A stretch of 64,000 nucleotides of DNA from Monocercomonoides exilis PA203 (Eukaryota > Protista > Preaxostyla), in NCBI GenBank assembly GCA_001643675.2, contig LSRY02000002.1, positions 744,001 through 808,000 on the forward strand, written 5' to 3'. Each line of letters begins with the position of its first letter. Within the stretch, counting starts at the first letter, position 1. A program made the position numbers and the translations under genes. The notes beneath the pieces were generated by a model, which saw only the letters and a list, made by a program, of their open reading frames with translations, did not search any database and had not been told where the DNA came from. This document shows positions 56,732-64,000 of this stretch, in pieces.

Positions 56732-59702
56732 TCATTTTACAACAATTTCTTCATCAACCCTCTCAATAGAATTCTCGCTTCCTTTATTCTCTTCTTCTGA
56801 TTTGCATTCTTCTTTTCTTGCTTTGATAGCTTCGTCTCTAAAAGCTTTCGCTGCTCTCTCGCAAAACTCTACTGTTTCTTCTCGCTTCTCTTTTTGTTCC
56901 TTTAATGCTTCGATTGCTTGTGTCATCTTGGCTTCAATTGCAGCTTTAGCTGACATGCACTGCTGAATTAGCAAAATGTGCTCTTGGCTCTTCTGCTGCC
57001 GTGTCAAATGCATTTGCTTTGTCATGTTGTCCAGTCTATTGATATACATATATTATTGTTTATTTTTCAAAAATTACAGATTCAATATTAGGTGGTAAAA
57101 ATTATGCAAAACATCAAAAATTTTTCCTGCATTAAAAAACCGAACATTACAATTTATAAGCATACTCATTTTGTAACGACACTTGCTCTTCTGAAAGTTG
57201 TCTCTGTTCTTCTTGTTGTTCAGCTCTCATGCTCGCGACATCAACAGCCTTCTTTTCCATTGCGCGTTTCAGTTTTGCAACTTCTTCATCGTCCATCTGC
57301 TTTATTTTCAGGAATTTCTCTTCTTTCGACCTAACTTCTTCTTTTTGTTTCTCGTAAAGCATACGTCTTTTGTTGAGGTGGTGCTGTGCTTTGTTTTCAG
57401 CTGCCTGCTCCTCGCTTATGCGCTGTTTTAGAGGGCCTATTGATTGTTCCATTGTTAAAGTCAGGCCATTTATTAGTCGCTGTTCGTTTTTATGCCACAC
57501 GATTAATCGACAATAAAAAAATAAATTCAAATAAAGAATACATAAGTTATGAGCTTCAATCAAAAAATGATACATACATTAAAGGCTTCAATCTTTTTGT
57601 GAAAGAATGGAATGGAGTCGGAATCAGAATCAGCCAAAGATGAAGTTAAATATTCAGTTGATGAAGCCGAAGATGCAGCTGTTAGTGGACTTAATGCTTT
57701 CTCAATGTCTGAATGACTTATCATAATTTGAGTCTTATCAATTGGCTCACTTTGTTCTTCCTCAATCATTTGGATTATTGGCTGAATATCTTCTATTGCT
57801 TTCTCCACTTCCTGCTTTAGCGCGTCTCTTTGCTGGATTTTGGCGCTAACGCGAAGTTCTGATTCATTTTGCTTTGATATTTCTTCTGACATGGCTTTGT
57901 GAAGGCGCTCAATTTCTTGCTTCATCAAAGATATCTCCATTGTTGAAAATGGCTAGAAAGAATAGAGAATGGAGATTTGTTTTAAATAATCATTGTTATT
58001 AAAGAATTTAAAGATTAAATAATCATAAAGATAAAACAGAATATTTGACTTTTTTTTAAAAAAAAGGCATTAATAATGCACACCTGCTGCTTTATTGCAT
58101 TCTCCAATGAGTAGCATTCTTCTGTAAATTTTTTCAATGCATCTTCCATTTCTTTTCTAACTGGTGCTAATTTTTCCATTCCATTTTCCATTCCTTTCAT
58201 TTGCTCTGCACATTTTTCTATAACTTCTTCAATGCTCTTCACAAGGTTTTCATTTTCTTCGACTTGCTTCATTAATTCTTTGATTGAATCCTGTTTGATT
58301 GATAATAGAAAAAGAAAGAAGTGCACAATGAGATTAATGTCTAAATACAAACGCGGGATCATACCTCATGTTGGTAAAGCTCTTGCTTCTCTTCCTCGAG
58401 CATTAAGATGTCTCTATCCAATTGCATATTTTGCTCTTTCACAATTGAAATTTTTCTTTCTGTTTGAAAAAAATGAACATTAAAAACAAGATTTTTAATA
58501 ATCAACTCAATAAAGATTTTTTCAAATAGATGGATAAACCTTTCAATTCATGTAATCTTTTTTCGACTTGAGGATTCTTTTTGTGAATATCTTCAGGAGC
58601 TGTTTCACGAAAGCAATCAGTCAAAATCTCGAATAAAACCTTTTTTGGAAACAATTCTGAAAGAACGAATTCGGATCCATCAAACGATCCAGTTAATGAA
58701 TAAGATAACGATGATGATGACGACGACGACGAAGATGATGGTAACTCTGATGATAAAAGAAGAGGAGGTGTTGTAGGCCTTCTGAAAAGATTTGTTGTTC
58801 GTCTTCGGTGTGGACTTCGAGGTGAAAGAGATATTGTCAAACGCTGAGTCGTTGCTCGAGGTTGCGTATATCCATTGAATTCTTCGTCATCAGCTAGACT
58901 CTGAATTATGTAAACGTCAAATTGAGAGAATATGAAATGTTCATTCAGTTTTACGTTTATTTGTTCCCACAAATTTTCATGAAAAAAATAAACCTAAACG
59001 AAAATAATACAAAAATCAAACCATGCACAGTTCTATTAAATGAGTAAGTGCGCGTAATAAAGTCATTTTAGCCAAAGCACCTATTGATGTAAATCCAGCT
59101 CCTTTCCTTCCTGCGAATCCCTTCAAAACTTGCTCGACAGCTGAACATTCATTGTATTGAAGACTTTTCAAAATATTTAAAAATACTTGCGACCTATTAT
59201 CCATTTGAATTTGTTTATTGTCGTGCATTGTTGCTTTTGTTTCAATCGATTGCTTTTTTTCTGAAATAAAGTCAAAAGAAAAAGATGAATCAAGACTTTG
59301 TTGGATCACTCGTTCGAGAAGTTCGTAAAACGACTTCATGCTCATGCAACTTATACTACTTTGATCGACGCGTTCAGGAGGAATAGATCCAAGTGTTATT
59401 TGATTTATTTTGATGAAATCCAAAACAATTCCATATATGTAATTATTTTGCTTTGATGAATCTTGCTTTGATTTTGAAGGATACTTTACCGTTTTACGAC
59501 GTTCGATTGATGTTTGTCTGCGGTTAGTTTGGATCGACAATGATTGAGAAGAAAAAGAAGCATCTGAAGTGTTCACAAAAGGATCTGTTGTTGTTTTGCG
59601 CTCTGAAAAATGTGAATCTTCACTAATAACTGTCGCTCTTAATTTTTCATCATATTCTTGTCCAATATTCGAAAAAGTCACTCTTCTCTTCGCAAAGGCC
59701 AT
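56732..59702 (-). CDS. Coiled-coil protein of unknown function with N-terminal RVxF motif (~778 aa); exons 59702-59022, 58900-58540, 58459-58365, 58290-58084, 57952-57578, 57479-57166, 57035-56732
   Basis: Six GT-AG introns join the ORF-track fragments into one frame. The C-terminal half is an E/K/Q-rich heptad coiled coil. The protein begins MAFAKRRVTF. Confidence 0.75.
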
Positions 59703-59800
59703 TTCGTTAAAAAAATGTAAAGAATCAATTTAAAGAAATAAAATTTGTTTATGGTCTATTTGATCATATGAATATTTGAAAAGAATTGAATTTTTTGTTT
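59703..59800. promoter_or_regulatory. Putative compact bidirectional promoter (98 bp between divergent start codons)
   Basis: ATG at 59702 (-) and ATG at 59801 (+) lie head-to-head with an AT-rich spacer. No specific motif identified. Confidence 0.45.
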
Positions 59801-60830
59801 ATGGATGGCAAAAACCAATTGTCATTAAAAGCCCCGAAGCTTAATCATTCGTCTTTGATATTCCAAAAGGAAATTTCCTCGACATCTTTAGGTATAACTC
59901 TTCATATTTAAAATGCTTTAAATGGTGTTTAAAGTTGCACAACAAGAAATCGAAGAATTATTGCAATTGGAACGTATGGAATTATTCATTTTCACAAATT
60001 CTGATTTTCATGTTTAAAATATTTTAAAGAAGAAAACATGTTACTTGATCAAAAAGACGAATTTGAGCTTCCAATGGATGAGCCCAATAATATACCATCT
60101 GAAAGTGAATACAATTCTTATATTTTTCAGAAAGAAAGTGTTGGAAAATGTATTTGCCCGTTTTGCCTTCAGAATTTTTTGACAAGAGAATCATTAGATC
60201 CTGTTTTAACATCATTTATTTCCGATCCTATCCCGTTCGTCCCTTTGACATCATATTTGTCGTGCAACGAAACATATTCTCTTGAAGTGGAGCACTTTAA
60301 GCCAATGAGTTTTCATAATCTTACACTTTTTTCATGTTCATTTTGCAGGGCGCAGATTTGTTTTCCGAGATGCACCTCTCGAAATTTACAGCAAGCATTA
60401 GAAGATTCTGAAATGATGCATCAACAAACTCAGTGTGCTTTATTATTTTGTTCTTTTAACTCCATTTGTGAACGTGATATAAATATTAATACTAAAATGC
60501 CAAATTTTCCCCTTCATTCTCAGTCAGCTGTCAATGCAAAAGCCTTGCAAGGATCACCTTTTCTTTTCATTAAGTCCAAAATCTTTTTTGGAACCTTCGT
60601 TTTCTTATTCAAGGAATGTTTCGTTCAAAGAATTACAGGAAAACAGTTGTCAATCCTCATTAAAATATGAAAGTTCATGTTGTTCTTCCAATATTCAAAA
60701 CTATCATTCATTGCATTCATTGAGCTTATCTATGTCTCAACTTCCAGAAAATATTCATCGCGTAATTACACCTATCATTGGAGAGTGCTCAACTTGTTCT
60801 TTTAATATTTCTATTCCATTTTTTAGTTAG
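59801..60830 (+). CDS. RPA-interacting protein (RPAIN/RIP)-like zinc-finger protein (~279 aa); exons 59801-59891, 59935-59973, 60030-60432, 60524-60830
   Basis: The spliced product has an acidic helix (QQEIEELLQLEQE), then ICPFC...CSFC...LQQALE...H...C...F...CSTC, resembling the RPAIN C-terminal zinc domain as I recall it. Three GT-AG introns keep the frame. Confidence 0.55.
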
Positions 60831-60962
60831 CGTTGAAATAATTAATATAGTACATTATTTAATTGGGATTTTTGTTAATTTTTTTTGTTTTCTGATTGGA
60901 TCAATGTGATCTTTCCCAAATTCATTCTTATTATTTTTATTTTTAGAAATATTTTGTAATTC

Positions 60963-63900
60963 ATGGACAAGCTACACATTAAGACTTTAGAAAAAACTGA
61001 AAAAATTTTTAAATCGTTTCCTACAGGTTCTGAGCTGCAATTTTCAATGGTTATGGAACCGGATTTTGAGAATAAGGTCAATGAATTAAGACAACAAATT
61101 TATGCTCTACTGTCGAAGCTAAACCCTCAATTAAACTTTTCAAATGAAGCGTCATATGATAAAAAATTGCAAACAACTGGAGGAGTGGTAGATTTATTGA
61201 TTTTGCAAGCGGTATGTTTTTTCAATTTTTTTTCTTTTAAAAATTTTCAAAACTTTTTTATACAACATTAGCAAAAGTTAATCGACGGGAAAACATTGAC
61301 AAAATCCAATGTCCAAGTTGTAGTTAAAGATAAGCCTCTTCAAAAACAGGTTATTGTCACTTTTTCAATGTGTTTGTTTTAAATATAATTATTTTGAACA
61401 TTCTAAGCGTCAAACAAAGTTAAAAATTGAGCAACATACATTAGCGCCAAAGCCTTTATTTGATAACAGAAATCTTCGTTATGTTCCATTTTTGAGTGAA
61501 AAGCCTTTCTCAAAAGTGCCATATTCTGGTCTTTTTATTCATCCATATGAAAAGGAAATTCAATCCTTACAATATGAACCGAAGTACTTTGAATTAGAAG
61601 GTCTTCCAAAACCACCTTTACCGATGAATGGGTTTGCATTAATATGATTTTGTTCTATTTTGAAATTTATTGGTCTTTAACTGCTTTAAAAAAGAACGCC
61701 TCTTGTATACGTGGAGACAGTCAATGAGCTTGAATCAATGGTTGATGAACTTTTAAAAGAAGACGCAATAGCGGTTGATGTTGAGCATCACAGCTATCAT
61801 TCGTACAGAGGCTACACATGCTTGATTCAAATCAGTAGTCGAAAAACTGATTATATTGTGGATGTGTTATCTCCAGCGCTTTCTTGGAAAAGGAAAGCCA
61901 CAAAGCAAGAAATAGAAGAAGCAAGGCAAAAAATCAATCAGTCAGTTGCTTCGTCTTCCTCAGAACAAGTCGCTGCCTTTGATTCTTCGTCCACTTCAGC
62001 TGCTTCAAATGGCCAAGTTATTTCTGCTTTCTTCTCGCCTCTCACTGTACTTAATCGAGTGTTTGCGAACCCGTCTATCTTGAAGGTGTTCCATGGGGCA
62101 CACTCCGATGTGCAGTGGCTGCAGAGGGACTTCTCTCTGTATCTTGTGAACATGTTTGACACGTATTTTGCATCTGAGCGGTTGAACTATCCTAAGCTGT
62201 CACTTGAATTTCTTTTGAGAAGATTCTGTTTGAGGTCTGTTGATGGAACGGGGAATGCAGAAAGCGGATCTTCTTCTTCAAAGAAAGATGAACAGAAGGT
62301 TGAAAGAAAAGAGGAAGGCGAATTGGAAAAACAAAAAGATGGGAAGTCGATGGAATCAAAAGAGCAGAAAGCAATCACAATTGAAGACGATGATGAAGTG
62401 ATTGTCATTCCTTCAGATGATAAGGATGATGCTTCTTCGTCTTCTTCCTCTTATTCTTCTTCTTCCTCATCCTCGTCCTCATCAATTGGCTATGCGAGTC
62501 TGCGTCTTCTGGACGACAAAAAGCGGCTGCAGCGGAGCGACTGGCGGATCCGCCCGCTTTCTGAGGAGATGAAAGAGTATGCCCGGCAAGACACGCACTA
62601 CTTGCTGTATGTGTGGGATTGCCTGCGGATTGAGCTGAAGGAGAAGGAGGAGAGAGAGAAGGCATGCAGCGGCGCGGAGGTGGCGAGGAGAGAGCGGGCA
62701 GAAGACGGAGCGATGGATGGGACAGTGATGAAAGCAGAACAGCAAGGTGTTGATATGAAAGAGAAGAATAGAGAAAGGAAGAGTAATAGTGAAGAAGAAG
62801 AAGGGGAAGAAGAAAAAGAAGAGGAACCGGAAGGTCCGATGTTTGTCGATGCAAAAGTTAAGAGGAAGTCATCGCGTTCAACTGAAAAGCAGAGAAAGAC
62901 AAATTCGTCTTTGGATAAGAAAAGAAAAGTGGCTGATGAAGAAAATAACAATCAAAGAGAACAAATTTCGACTGATGAAAAATCTTCATCACCTTCATCT
63001 TCTTCTTCTTCTTCCACTTCCACTTCCACTTCATCTTCTTCAATCACCACATCATCCGCAACCCTTTCATCTCCATCTTCCTCTTCTTCAATTCCTTCAA
63101 ATCCACTTTCTTCCACAAATTCATCAAACCCATCGACACTCATACTTCAGCTTCCCCCCTCTCGCTATGTCTTCGAAGAAAGCAGAAAAGAATGCCTCAT
63201 CAAATACGACCACTTCGTCTTTGACGGCAGCTCGTACGAGAAAACGTGGCAGACACATTTCAGTCAGATGCACTCCTGGAAGAGAAGGCACCGCGGGTTT
63301 GAGAACAGAATAAAGGAGAGTCTGAAAGCACAGGAGACAAAGGCAAACACAGAAGCTGCTGCGGCAGAGAAGAAAAAAGAAGAGGAGAGCAAAACGAGTC
63401 TGAGTCTCGAAGAGAAAGACAGGAAAGAAGAGAACGAGCGGCTGAAGCAGATTCAGTCGCAGGAGAAAGCAGACTCAGCCAGTGCTGCAGAAGAGGAGGC
63501 GCTGGGAAACACAAAGCAAGGGCTGAAAGATCGAATAGCAGAGCGTGTCTTTGCAGCGCTGTATGGATGGCGGGATGGCAAGGCGCGGCTGCTGGACGAG
63601 TCTGCAGAGTGTGTGATGTCTCGTGTGGCGATGTTCTGTTTATCAAAGCCTTGTTTCACAAACACAATGATTGGATCACAGGGCATTCCGAGATTGAACA
63701 AGGAGGGGAATGGAAGTGGAAGTGGAAGTGGTGGCAGCTATGGAAATAATAAAAGTGATAAGAAAAGCAGCAATGTGCACGGTGAAGCAAATGGTGCAGG
63801 CGAGAACGCAGGAGAAGGAGAAGAAGACTTTTACGGGGAAGATACCGACGAAGACGAAGAAGTGATTCCTATCCCATCGCCTGCTCCGTCTTCTTCTCCT

Positions 63901-64000
63901 TCACCCTCGCCGTCTCCATCTCCATATCCGTCTCTATCCCCATCTCTGTCACCTGTTCCTCTCTCCATCTCCTCTTCCATGGGCTTGCCAACACTGCAGA
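60963..64000 (+). CDS. RRP6: Exosome 3'-5' exonuclease RRP6/EXOSC10, 3'-truncated by the window; exons 60963-61211, 61272-61349, 61408-61631, 61695->64000
   Basis: DEDDy motifs AVDVEHHSYHSYRGYTCLIQISSR, KVFHGAHSDVQWLQRDF, NMFDT and DWRIRPLSEEMKEYARQDTHYLLY; HRDC-like ALYGWRDGKARLLDES. The last exon has no stop in the window, so it is absent from the ORF track. Confidence 0.92.

Noticed and set aside
1-64000. tRNA, rRNA, telomeric repeats or an autonomous transposase/reverse transcriptase
   Set aside because: None recognised by eye. tRNAscan-SE, Infernal and a TE-protein search would be needed to exclude them formally.

Overview
AT-rich eukaryotic genomic DNA with short GT-AG spliceosomal introns and the standard genetic code (TAA, TAG and TGA all end genes). 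Gene content and style point to an anaerobic flagellated protist, most likely an oxymonad such as Monocercomonoides; this is an inference. I reconstructed about 12 genes by hand. Conserved genes are a Has1/DDX18 RNA helicase, WASHC2/FAM21, a ROPN1L/RSP11-like RIIa protein, proteasome beta-4 (PSMB2), an RPAIN-like zinc finger and RRP6/EXOSC10, which runs off the window end. Lineage-specific genes are two ~2600-aa intronless single-pass receptors (Cys-rich beta-helix-like ectodomain plus a pseudokinase C-lobe), a kinase-less relative of that family, a 2.6k-aa B-box/cold-shock-like/CCCH protein, a TFxP-repeat protein and an RVxF coiled-coil protein. The two receptors share a near-identical ~1.1 kb TM-to-pseudokinase block with sharp boundaries, while their ectodomains and extreme C-termini are diverged. 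A gene-free zone at 29.4-34.1 kb holds A55, (TTA)29 and two unrelated near-perfect palindromes: a 529 bp TA-flanked Tc1/mariner-type MITE and a ~1 kb foldback. Coordinates and identities were read by eye; no database searches were run.
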